Shown: piece after piece, positions 18,751-26,473 of the stretch
Layout of the letters: each line of letters opens with the position of its first letter
Numbering within the stretch: the stretch's first letter is position 1
Source of the DNA: a virus
Taxonomy: Duplodnaviria > Heunggongvirae > Uroviricota > Caudoviricetes
Strand: one strand, 5' to 3'
DNA: 32,642 bases
IMG/VR virus record: IMGVR_UViG_2778261268_000005
Notes under the pieces: model-generated
What the model was told of the DNA's origin: nothing
Database searches by the model: none
The model's input: only the letters and a program-made list of their open reading frames with translations
Translations under genes and position numbers: made by a program

Positions 18751-18906
18751 TTACTCCTCAGGTTCGTAAGCTGTGAAGACAGCGACCTCCGTCTGGCCGG
18801 TTCGGATTCGTACCTCGCAGAGGTCTTTCCTCGTTACCAGTGCCGTCACTATGACGGTTAAACAGATGACGATCAGGGCGATTAACATCGCCTTTTGCTG
18901 CTTCAT
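18751..18906 (-). CDS. hokD: Hok/Gef-family type I toxin (51 aa); an in-frame upstream start at 18963 gives a 70 aa Mok-like form
   Basis: Translation MKQQKAMLIALIVICLTVIVTALVTRKDLCEVRIRTGQTEVAVFTAYEPEE matches HokD/RelF as recalled; structured leader and 3' terminator. Confidence 0.85.
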   Translation of the reverse strand: MKQQKAMLIALIVICLTVIVTALVTRKDLCEVRIRTGQTEVAVFTAYEPEE

Positions 18907-19116
18907 AGCCTGCTTCTCCTTGCCTTTCGGCACGTAAGAGGCTAACCTACATTTGTGAGACATAGATTGGGCCTCAGATTAATGTTAAGCGTCTTGCAGG
19001 ACGCGTAATGTTAACTGGGGCTTTTCTCTATCTGCCTTTGGTGTTCATGCCCGAGGCAGATAGCCTCAAGCACCCGCAGCAATTCTACTTAACTCTCCTT
19101 TTCCCGCAAACCGTTT

Positions 19117-19200
19117 TTATCCCCAGCGGCAAATCGAATACACCACCAGCGCCACCGCCATCGCAATTCCTACCGTGGTGAATGCCTCAGGCCGGGTCAT
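19117..19200 (-). CDS. candidate 27 aa hydrophobic peptide (MTRPEAFTTVGIAMAVALVVYSICRWG), coupled to the DUF551 gene stop
   Basis: ATG overlaps the upstream TGA (ATGA); single predicted transmembrane segment; no other support. Confidence 0.25.
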   Translation of the reverse strand: MTRPEAFTTVGIAMAVALVVYSICRWG

Positions 19201-19901
19201 TGATTCACCTCCTGCGGCGGTTCTGGTAGCGGCATCCAGTGAGTTGAGCTCTCTACTTCGACGCCGTCTTTGTCTACAAAAGCCATCTTATTCCCGCCAC
19301 GAGTGGGGCAAAAAACCTTATCCCAGGAACCGGGGAATACATTCCCGAGATCATCGAGAAGAATCACATCGCAATATTCAGCAGGAACTGCATCACTACA
19401 GCTTATCCAGCCAGCCGGAGTTCCCGGAGAGCTGGTTGACGTTTCCGAGATTTCCCGAAAATTGTTGGTTGACGAATTCTTACTTTCCCGAAAGTTTTCG
19501 GCCTGAAGCATGGCGACACGGCAGGCGTTCCAGCCATCAGCATATGTTTCAGTTACACCGTCGAGATGGCAGGTAAGCAAATCCATTTCATCAGGCACTA
19601 CCATCGCTGGCGGCGCTGCGTAAAGCGGTGTTATTTCTGCCCGAAAATCACCTACTTTATGCAGTCGCACCCACCGTTCGATTTCTGCTTTGTCAGAATT
19701 CATAAGGGTGAACGTATTACATTCATGGTTAATTTGCGTGAAGGTTGCCTTCCACGCCACCGGCTCTGCTTCCAGTGATGCCAGTGCAATTTTGAATAAC
19801 TCGCCCTCTACCTGCGCCATCCCTGAATTTGAGTGGCATTTCGCAATCGCTATTTTTAATTTGGCTTCTTCGATTAATTGCTCTTTGGTTAATTCAGTCA
19901 T
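19197..19901 (-). CDS. DUF551-domain phage protein (234 aa)
   Basis: C-terminal region with the ...THWMPLPEPP motif characteristic of DUF551 proteins, as recalled. Confidence 0.55.
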   Translation of the reverse strand: MTELTKEQLIEEAKLKIAIAKCHSNSGMAQVEGELFKIALASLEAEPVAWKATFTQINHECNTFTLMNSDKAEIERWVRLHKVGDFRAEITPLYAAPPAMVVPDEMDLLTCHLDGVTETYADGWNACRVAMLQAENFRESKNSSTNNFREISETSTSSPGTPAGWISCSDAVPAEYCDVILLDDLGNVFPGSWDKVFCPTRGGNKMAFVDKDGVEVESSTHWMPLPEPPQEVNQ

Positions 19902-20031
19902 TTTTCATTACCGCCCTTTCAGGCGGCCTCCTGATGTTCTGAGGGTGCAGAAATCCCTCCGGTTAAGGATTTAATAAAATTCACTTCTGATTTAAATTTT
20001 CAGTATTTTGTTGTCAGGTGGTTTATCGCCT

Positions 20032-20343
20032 TTATGCTTCAGTCTTATTTCTCAGCCATACACAAACAGGACCATCTTCAGTGTCATGAATGGAACCAAT
20101 GAACCAGCCTTCACCTTCCGGGCGCTCCGGTTTCCAAGAGGCAATATCGGGACCATCTGCGTCCAGATTAAAATCATCTTCATCCATAGTTCTGATGGTC
20201 CATTGAAGATTATTTTCCTCCATCCATGCGTTAAACTCTTCCGTTGAAATATGTTCTCTACCATCACAGAATTTTTCATATTCAGGATGCGTCCAGCAGC
20301 CATATTCATCACGTACTACTGGTATTTCTTTAATTTCATTCAT
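20032..20343 (-). CDS. hypothetical acidic protein (103 aa), last gene of a coupled four-gene cassette
   Basis: ATG overlaps the upstream stop; Trp/Asp/Glu-rich; no family recognised. Confidence 0.5.
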   Translation of the reverse strand: MNEIKEIPVVRDEYGCWTHPEYEKFCDGREHISTEEFNAWMEENNLQWTIRTMDEDDFNLDADGPDIASWKPERPEGEGWFIGSIHDTEDGPVCVWLRNKTEA

Positions 20344-20590
20344 TTCTGTTCTCCCACGTTTTCAGACTTTCACCACAGAACGGACAAAATGAAACCCGCA
20401 CTGGTAATTTAGAAAATTCACCGGAACGCAACATCACCAAATCATGGTCGCGAGTTAAATTCTCATTCCAGATTTTGTATATCAGCAGACCTTTTCGCGT
20501 CGTGTATTCAGCATCATGCTCAAGGGCTTTTGCCAGTACCGCACATGGTTCTATCTGATTGCTATTAACCTGACATTTTGATTCGCTCAC
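20336..20590 (-). CDS. hypothetical protein (84 aa, GTG start) with a C-terminal Cys cluster (CPFCG), possible zinc ribbon
   Basis: GTGA overlap with the upstream stop; no internal ATG before residue 53. Confidence 0.45.
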   Translation of the reverse strand: MSESKCQVNSNQIEPCAVLAKALEHDAEYTTRKGLLIYKIWNENLTRDHDLVMLRSGEFSKLPVRVSFCPFCGESLKTWENRNE

Positions 20591-21009
20591 AGCATCACCT
20601 CCTGAAATTCCCCCTGATAAAACGCCAGCACTCGCTGCATAACCTCACTCTTCCGGCACTCGCGACAGATTATGTTCTGACGCCTGTCGTAGCGGCGTAT
20701 TTCTCCGTCAGGTAATGACCTGATAAGGTCCGGATCAACCACAGCCGTTTTCTTCACCTTTGCCCTCGATAGTTTTTTGCGGGCGTTTTGCCAGTCCTTA
20801 CGAGCCTGTTCAGAGGGAAATAGCCCGTAGCCGGAGTTATATACATCGCCACTGGCAACCAGCTCTCTGGCGAGAACGCTCATTAAATATCTTGTCGCAC
20901 CTGTCTTAGCTTCAAGTTGTCGTAACGTCTCGCGCCCATTCTGGCGCACGAGTTCAACAACCTGCCCCTTAATTTTTTCCCGCTCTTCTTGTGTAAATAC
21001 TTTTGCCAT
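20587..21009 (-). CDS. hypothetical protein (140 aa from ATG 21009; track start 21024 is TTG) with an N-terminal helix-turn-helix-like segment and a CRECRK Cys pair
   Basis: GGAGG Shine-Dalgarno 5 nt before ATG 21009. Confidence 0.5.
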   Translation of the reverse strand: MAKVFTQEEREKIKGQVVELVRQNGRETLRQLEAKTGATRYLMSVLARELVASGDVYNSGYGLFPSEQARKDWQNARKKLSRAKVKKTAVVDPDLIRSLPDGEIRRYDRRQNIICRECRKSEVMQRVLAFYQGEFQEVML

Positions 21010-21024
21010 AAGCGCCTCCGGCAA

Positions 21025-21786
21025 TCACTTTTCCGATACAACACAGCGGGAAGAATCAGTAATCTGGCGAACAATATCCCGGTGCTTGTTCAACTCCCGC
21101 AGCGCGGCGCAGACACGCTCCCACTTCTGGACATGGCTTTTCGCCCGACGCAGTTTGCGGTTTGCCAGATGCAGCGATGGCAAAATCAAATCATCCGCCC
21201 GCGTTTCGGTAAACGATGGCAACGACTGCACAATGTCCGCTACAGTATCTGTTTTAATTTCTTCCTGTGTTGCAGCCTCCTGTACTGGTAACGCAACACC
21301 TGCGGGCTGAGGAAAAGCCTTACCATCAGTTTCCGCTACCGATGCTGCTTTCGGCTCTGCTGGTAAATTATCGCCCGGTATGCAGTAACGAAATTTACCG
21401 CCCTGATTTACGCGAATCAGACGACCTTTGCTGATTGCCATTGCCAGCGTTGAAGCCACTTTGCGTGATGTGGTACCAAACAATGTAGCCAGTTCATCCG
21501 CCGTTTGTGGTCCGCGTTGTTCAATCGTCGCGGTTAAATCGCACTCTGAGATTTTCGCTACTGTCGCCGTGCTGGTTTCTTCCGGCTGTTCTTCTGGCGC
21601 TGGCTGTTCCTGCTGAACGTTGTTATCAGCCACACGCCAGGTGTATGCGCTTTTATCAACGAAGCCAGCCTTTTTCAGTTCCCACAGCTCGTTCAGTACT
21701 TCTTCACGACTGATATCAAGTCGCGCAGCCAGCTCTACCGACGTGGCTTTTCCCATCGCTTTCAGTGCGTCAAAAACAGTCTCCAT
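21025..21786 (-). CDS. hypothetical protein (253 aa) with two winged-helix-like segments, a low-complexity acidic linker and a basic C-terminus
   Basis: ORF 20 nt downstream of the DnaC-like gene; two HTH-like motifs ([15 protein letters not shown] and [16 protein letters not shown]). Confidence 0.5.
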   Translation of the reverse strand: METVFDALKAMGKATSVELAARLDISREEVLNELWELKKAGFVDKSAYTWRVADNNVQQEQPAPEEQPEETSTATVAKISECDLTATIEQRGPQTADELATLFGTTSRKVASTLAMAISKGRLIRVNQGGKFRYCIPGDNLPAEPKAASVAETDGKAFPQPAGVALPVQEAATQEEIKTDTVADIVQSLPSFTETRADDLILPSLHLANRKLRRAKSHVQKWERVCAALRELNKHRDIVRQITDSSRCVVSEK

Positions 21787-21806
21787 AAATTTCCTCCCGG
21801 TAAAAA

Positions 21807-22553
21807 TTACTTTTCAATACCTGGCTGACCAACATTCGGGCGCCAGCTCTCCCAGTTAAAATTCACCCAGCGCCCGCCGTTCATGGTCATGCGATCCATA
21901 ATCCGCTCGCCGAGCAATGTTTTCATGGCCTCATAGTTCAGGTTTGTCAGCATTCCCACGCTACGCATCGACGCTGTCCGTCGATCAATAATCTGGTGCA
22001 GTACCACCTGCTCGTTTTTCGTCTCGCGCTGAATGCCAATTTCATCAAGAACCAGCAGATCCACTTCGCACAGTTCCCGCAAAAATTTTTCGCCTGACTG
22101 CCCGTCGTCATAGCTGGCGTGCAGGGCGCTCATAACATCAGCCACGGTAACCACAATCACTGTCTGACCGTCTTTCAGCAGGCGATTCCCGATAGCTGCC
22201 GCTAAGTGATTCTTCCCGGTACCAGGTTTTCCGCTGAACGCAAAATTTGTACACCCGGTCATCAGTTCATCGGCGATGGATTTCGCCTGGCTTAACGCGT
22301 ATCGCTGGCCGTCGTTCTGCACCTGGTAATTCGCAAACGAGCATTTACGGTGCAACGGCTGGATGCCTGAGCGATTCAGAATTTTTTCCACCCGCAACTG
22401 GCGATTCAGGCGGTTGATCTCCTCGCTACGTTTCTGGCCTTCAGCAAGTTGCCACTCGCGCCACTCCGCAACCGTTCTGAATGGGGCGGTTACATGTGGT
22501 GGGGTCAGTCTGCGGATACGCTCCAGAACGCCTCCTGTCGCAATATTTTTCAT
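21807..22553 (-). CDS. DnaC-like replicative helicase loader (IstB-type AAA+ ATPase), YdaV-like
   Basis: Walker A GKPGTGKN and Walker B LLVLDEIG motifs; position after the YdaU-like gene. Confidence 0.8.
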   Translation of the reverse strand: MKNIATGGVLERIRRLTPPHVTAPFRTVAEWREWQLAEGQKRSEEINRLNRQLRVEKILNRSGIQPLHRKCSFANYQVQNDGQRYALSQAKSIADELMTGCTNFAFSGKPGTGKNHLAAAIGNRLLKDGQTVIVVTVADVMSALHASYDDGQSGEKFLRELCEVDLLVLDEIGIQRETKNEQVVLHQIIDRRTASMRSVGMLTNLNYEAMKTLLGERIMDRMTMNGGRWVNFNWESWRPNVGQPGIEK

Positions 22554-22559
22554 GGTCTG

Positions 22560-23348
22560 TTACCCCCTGAAGCCTGGCGGGATCGCACTGTCCGGCAACG
22601 AGACGGTGTTAACCTGTCGGAGCAACGTCTCAGGCCGAACACCTTTCGGCGCGAACAGGCCCTGGTATTCATTGGCGATGCTGTGTCGAATCACCTGCTC
22701 AGGTGTAAACCCCTGCTGACGGAATTTTTCCAGTTCCCGTATCGCCCCGTTAGCGCCCTGCTCCGTTCGAATCGGTTTTCGCAATGCCTGTCTGAACCGG
22801 ACCCACTCATGCCAGAGTGTTTCCGGCAACCAATCGGGCAGCTCAATAGCCTCCGGCTCGAATTTTTTAGACGCTCGTTTTTGGCGAGGGGGATTTAGGG
22901 GGAGATCAGTATTTAGATCTTCCTCTTCCTCTTCCTCTGGTAGCGCTTTTTGATCCGTTTGTGTAACGCCGGCAGCGTTACCTTTTCGTTTCAGTTCACG
23001 TATTTTTGTAACTCGCTCGTTTGTAACCGCCCGTTTTTTAGAGCTTTTTCCGTTATGGCGTTCAAAGTTAGGTAGAGAAAGCCCAACGTCATTTTCGACC
23101 AGCCATCCAACCTGAATTAACGCATCAGCAAAACCAGCCATAAAAGTGATGCGATCTATTGCACTTTTTGTAACGCCGCGAGCGTTACAATCTGCATTAC
23201 CGTCTATCATTTGTTGATCCGCCCATGCCCAGAAGCGAATAACCTTCCCTAATGCGGCATCTGGATCAATATTCAGAATCTCAGCAAGCCTGAATATTTC
23301 CGGCTTATCCGGCGTAATAACCTCGAGCTTTATCCAGTTTGAAGCCAT
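22560..23348 (-). CDS. putative replication initiation protein, YdaU-like (262 aa)
   Basis: Position between the immunity region and the DnaC-like gene; acidic EEEEEED linker; family call by synteny. Confidence 0.5.
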   Translation of the reverse strand: MASNWIKLEVITPDKPEIFRLAEILNIDPDAALGKVIRFWAWADQQMIDGNADCNARGVTKSAIDRITFMAGFADALIQVGWLVENDVGLSLPNFERHNGKSSKKRAVTNERVTKIRELKRKGNAAGVTQTDQKALPEEEEEEDLNTDLPLNPPRQKRASKKFEPEAIELPDWLPETLWHEWVRFRQALRKPIRTEQGANGAIRELEKFRQQGFTPEQVIRHSIANEYQGLFAPKGVRPETLLRQVNTVSLPDSAIPPGFRG

Positions 23349-23425
23349 TTGTTTTCACCTTGTAACGCTCGCAGCGTTACATTTAACTGATACCGAACAA
23401 AACAATCCGGCACGATTAATTTCAA

Positions 23426-23848
23426 TCAATGCACTACGACAGAATCACCGGGCGACCCACCACCGCTGAAATGTGCTTTCCGGTAAACGGCCTGGACTGC
23501 ATCATCATGCGCATCAATTGCCGTACTCAACGCTTCCTGCGCCGCCAGTAATGCACGGCGTTCCAGGGTATCGAAGATGCAGAGTCGGTGACGCAGCTCG
23601 CGCGGAAGAATTGCCAGAACCGCAGGGATCAGTGTCTGAATTTTTTCCCTTTGCGCTTTCGTTTCACCTTTTAACCAACGGTGATAGATGTTCTGCTGAT
23701 TATTCCAGTCCTTGCCTGGTACCAGGGGCAATTCGCCGCCCCCCTGGCGCAGATATTCTTCAGTAATTGCATTGGCTACCCATGCCTGCCCTTTTTCAGC
23801 GGCCAGGGCTAACAGCACTGATTCGATGTGCTCATGCCTGATTTTCAT
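23426..23848 (-). CDS. YdaT-like protein (140 aa), cII-like regulator / putative toxin family
   Basis: Same size and position as Rac YdaT; C-terminal HFSGGGSPGDSVVVH resembles the YdaT tail as recalled. Confidence 0.55.
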   Translation of the reverse strand: MKIRHEHIESVLLALAAEKGQAWVANAITEEYLRQGGGELPLVPGKDWNNQQNIYHRWLKGETKAQREKIQTLIPAVLAILPRELRHRLCIFDTLERRALLAAQEALSTAIDAHDDAVQAVYRKAHFSGGGSPGDSVVVH

Positions 23849-24107
23849 GAATCAACTCCTGTGCATTTTGTGTGTTAGCCTTACATCCAACAGGTAAACC
23901 ATCGGTCGGATTCGGGTAGATATCAGGCCGGAGTTCATGAGGTGTAACCTCGAAATTCGTAGCCTCTGCGATACGCAATACCTTTTCAGGGCTTAACTGA
24001 CTACGTCCAGTAGCAACGAGGCTAATCATTGATTGCGAACAACCAGCCAGCGCGGCCAAACAAGACTGTCGTACACGATTTTTTTTCAAATATTCATCTA
24101 ATGTCAT
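23832..24107 (-). CDS. Cro-like HTH protein, YdaS-like (91 aa from ATG 24107; track start 24134 is TTG)
   Basis: AAGGTGA Shine-Dalgarno 5 nt before ATG 24107; divergent from the repressor gene; HTH motif QSCLAALAGCSQSMISLVATG. Confidence 0.6.
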   Translation of the reverse strand: MTLDEYLKKNRVRQSCLAALAGCSQSMISLVATGRSQLSPEKVLRIAEATNFEVTPHELRPDIYPNPTDGLPVGCKANTQNAQELIHENQA

Positions 24108-24211
24108 AAGGGTCACCTTAGTAATGTTCGCCAAAATATTAACTATACTAATTTAAATGATCAATACTTATATCAGTTTGAGATTATGAGCTGTGTTCAT
24201 AAGATGGTGGT

Positions 24212-24676
24212 ATGAGAAGAAAACGCGAAGAAATCGCATCGCCAGAAGCTACGCAGCGTCTACGCGGAATCTGGGATGCAAAAAAAAGAGAGCTCAAATT
24301 GACTCAGGAGCTTGCTGCCGAGCTAATGGGCTTTGAGACGCAATCTACGGTTAGCCACTATCTCAACGGAAAGGCTCCACTTAACACTGATGCGGCATTA
24401 AAATTCGCAGTATTGCTAAGAGTTAAGCCTGAAGACTTGAGGCCTGATTTAGCTGATCTGATGAATTACGTCCGTTCCTCTGGAACTTATGACGAAAGTT
24501 TCGAAGGCGAAGGGTGGCGGATGGTTAACAAGCAACAAGCTGATTTACTGGATCTTTTTGATATCCTCCCCGAATCAGAAAAAGCAAAACTAATCGAAAG
24601 GCTTAAAGGCCAGAATGAACTCTACAAAGAAGCGTTTGAAAATATGCTGGCAGCTCAGAAACGCATAAAGAAATAG
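24212..24676 (+). CDS. prophage repressor, RacR/DicA-like HTH protein (154 aa)
   Basis: HTH LTQELAAELMGFETQSTVSHYLNG; C-terminal LDLFDILPESEKAKL resembles DicA-type repressors; divergent to the cro-like gene. Confidence 0.7.
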   Translation: MRRKREEIASPEATQRLRGIWDAKKRELKLTQELAAELMGFETQSTVSHYLNGKAPLNTDAALKFAVLLRVKPEDLRPDLADLMNYVRSSGTYDESFEGEGWRMVNKQQADLLDLFDILPESEKAKLIERLKGQNELYKEAFENMLAAQKRIKK

Positions 24677-24698
24677 CCCCCACTACCTCGTAACTAAA

Positions 24699-24722
24699 CC
24701 GCCATCCCTGGCGGTTTTTTTG
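24699..24722 (+). terminator. intrinsic terminator after the repressor gene
   Basis: CCGCC-ATCCCT-GGCGG followed by TTTTTTTTG. Confidence 0.7.
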
Positions 24723-24739
24723 TCCCCTGCGCCCCCATC

Positions 24740-24905
24740 GCCTTACTTTTTTATCAAAAAAAACACTAAAATTTTCATTAGGATAGTACATTTTTATCAA
24801 CAAAATGCATATTTATGTTGATCATCAATATGAATATAACTAATATTATTGCAGAAGCAGCACGGCGCTGTAGGTTTTAGTTCCGCCACCCGGCGTTAAG
24901 GGGAG
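24740..24905 (+). promoter_or_regulatory. AT-rich promoter/operator region of the early-left operon, with inverted repeat ATCAACA-N13-TGTTGAT around an ATGCAT core
   Basis: Palindrome and repeated TTATCAA/TTGATCA motifs read directly; located between terminator and first early-left gene. Confidence 0.4.
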
Positions 24906-24912
24906 AGATAAG

Positions 24913-25047
24913 ATGGTGCATTACGAAGTAGTTCAGTATTTGATGGATTGTTGCGGTATCACTTACAACCAGGCTGTGCAGGCTTTACGCAGCAACGACT
25001 GGGATCTCTGGCAGGCAGAAGCCTCTATCCGCAACAACAAAATGTGA
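24913..25047 (+). CDS. small early protein, YdaF/YdaG-like (44 aa)
   Basis: GGGGAGAG Shine-Dalgarno; below the ORF-track cutoff; sequence resembles a small Rac early protein as recalled. Confidence 0.5.
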   Translation: MVHYEVVQYLMDCCGITYNQAVQALRSNDWDLWQAEASIRNNKM

Positions 25048-25057
25048 GGTGCGAAAA

Positions 25058-25210
25058 ATGCAAAAAATCGACCTCGGCAATAACGAATCCCTGGGGTGCG
25101 GCGTGTTCCCCAACCAGGATGGAACGTTCACTGCCATGACTTATACCAAAAGCAAGACATTCAAAACTGAAACGGGCGCACGTCGCTGGCTTGCCAGAAA
25201 TACTTGCTAA
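25058..25210 (+). CDS. small early protein, YdaF/YdaG-like (50 aa)
   Basis: ATG 10 nt after the previous stop; below the ORF-track cutoff. Confidence 0.5.
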   Translation: MQKIDLGNNESLGCGVFPNQDGTFTAMTYTKSKTFKTETGARRWLARNTC

Positions 25211-25630
25211 TCCATTATTTGGATTAATTCAATATTCTCGCTGTAGGGGTATAGCAGAAACCACCAAAGCCCGGAGGTGGTGAAATAAAACCGGGCACAA
25301 CACGAAGTCGCATTTCCGATATCCATAAAGAGTCGGTCTTGTCTGTTAAATTTAAATGGTGGGAGTGCGCCTCCGGTTGTGGATAACAACACTGCTGTGT
25401 GTAGTCTTGGCGGCATCAGTTTTTTCTTGAAGTTCGACTGATGTCCGCCCTTTTTAAAGTGAATTTTGTGATGCGGTGAATGCGGCTAAGCGCACGCGGC
25501 ACAGTTAAAAGTCATGTTAGTCCTTATTGGTTTGGGTGGGAAAGCCGACTGTAATTGTTAACTGGTTGCAGTCACCTGGAGGCACTAGGCACCGCATCAA
25601 CAAAGTTCATTTGTAAAAATGGAGATAATT

Positions 25631-25852
25631 ATGATTGCACATCACTTCGGAACTGATGAAATACCACGTCAGTGTGTGACTCCTGGTGACTATATTCTTC
25701 ATGAAGGCCGGACATATATTGCCTCGGCAAACAATATTAAAAAGCGAAAACTTTATATTCGTAACCTGACTACAAAAACATGCATTACTGACTGCATGAT
25801 TAAAGTCTTCCTCGGTCGTGATGGTTTACCTGTAAAGGCGGAGTCATGGTGA
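25631..25852 (+). CDS. kilR: KilR, FtsZ-targeting cell-division inhibitor (73 aa from ATG 25631)
   Basis: Translation [21 protein letters not shown]...[12 protein letters not shown] matches Rac KilR as recalled; GGAGA Shine-Dalgarno 5 nt upstream. Confidence 0.8.
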   Translation: MIAHHFGTDEIPRQCVTPGDYILHEGRTYIASANNIKKRKLYIRNLTTKTCITDCMIKVFLGRDGLPVKAESW

Positions 25853-26022
25853 TGACTAAGAAAATAAAATGTGCTTACCACCTTTGCAATAAAGAAATTG
25901 AAGAAAGCAAAAGTATTAAAAGACCACTTCATTTCATGCGTGGAGTTATCCCAACGACGGAAATGAAAAAATATTGTAGTGAAAGTTGTGCCGAAAAAGA
26001 CCAGATGGCACACGAACTTTAA
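25852..26022 (+). CDS. YdaE-like small Cys-rich protein (56 aa)
   Basis: ATG overlaps the kilR stop (TGATG); CxxC...CxxxC pattern. Confidence 0.55.
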   Translation: MTKKIKCAYHLCNKEIEESKSIKRPLHFMRGVIPTTEMKKYCSESCAEKDQMAHEL

Positions 26023-26096
26023 TTAACTGACTATTCGAAACTGAATTTATGCCAGCAATGGCAGGGATTCGCTCAACCTTAATTAAGGAGAAAAAC

Positions 26097-26372
26097 ATGA
26101 TTACCAATTATGAAGCCACTGTTGTAACTACCGATGACATTGTTCACGAGGTTAATCTGGAAGGAAAGCGTATTGGCTACGTGATTAAAACAGAAAATAA
26201 AGAAACCCCATTCACTGTGGTTGATATCGACGGTCCATCAGGCAACGTAAAAACACTTGATGAAGGTGTCACAAAAATGTGCCTGGTTCACATCGGAAAG
26301 AATCTGCCCGCAGAAAAAAAAGCCGGATTTCTGGCAACTCTGATTGCAATGAAATTAGGCGGTGAAATCTGA
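26097..26372 (+). CDS. racC: RacC (91 aa from ATG 26097)
   Basis: AAGGAG Shine-Dalgarno 6 nt before ATG; sequence and position immediately upstream of recE match Rac racC as recalled. Confidence 0.65.
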   Translation: MITNYEATVVTTDDIVHEVNLEGKRIGYVIKTENKETPFTVVDIDGPSGNVKTLDEGVTKMCLVHIGKNLPAEKKAGFLATLIAMKLGGEI

Positions 26373-26473
26373 AAGAAATAGCCTGCGCCATACGCAGGCT
26401 ATGAACAGTGTGTATCCGGCAAGATCATTCACTGAACAAAACGAATTTTAATCTGAGTTGAGGTTAAAAAACA

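Noticed and set aside
24948-25139. 63 aa plus-strand ORF in the track
   Set aside because: Two shorter ORFs in other frames (24913-25047 and 25058-25210) have proper Shine-Dalgarno sequences and resemble small Rac early proteins; the track ORF is an out-of-frame overlap.
25207-25416. 69 aa minus-strand ORF as a possible sieB remnant
   Set aside because: No start signal and no resemblance I can recognise; treated as non-coding (see the structured-gap finding).
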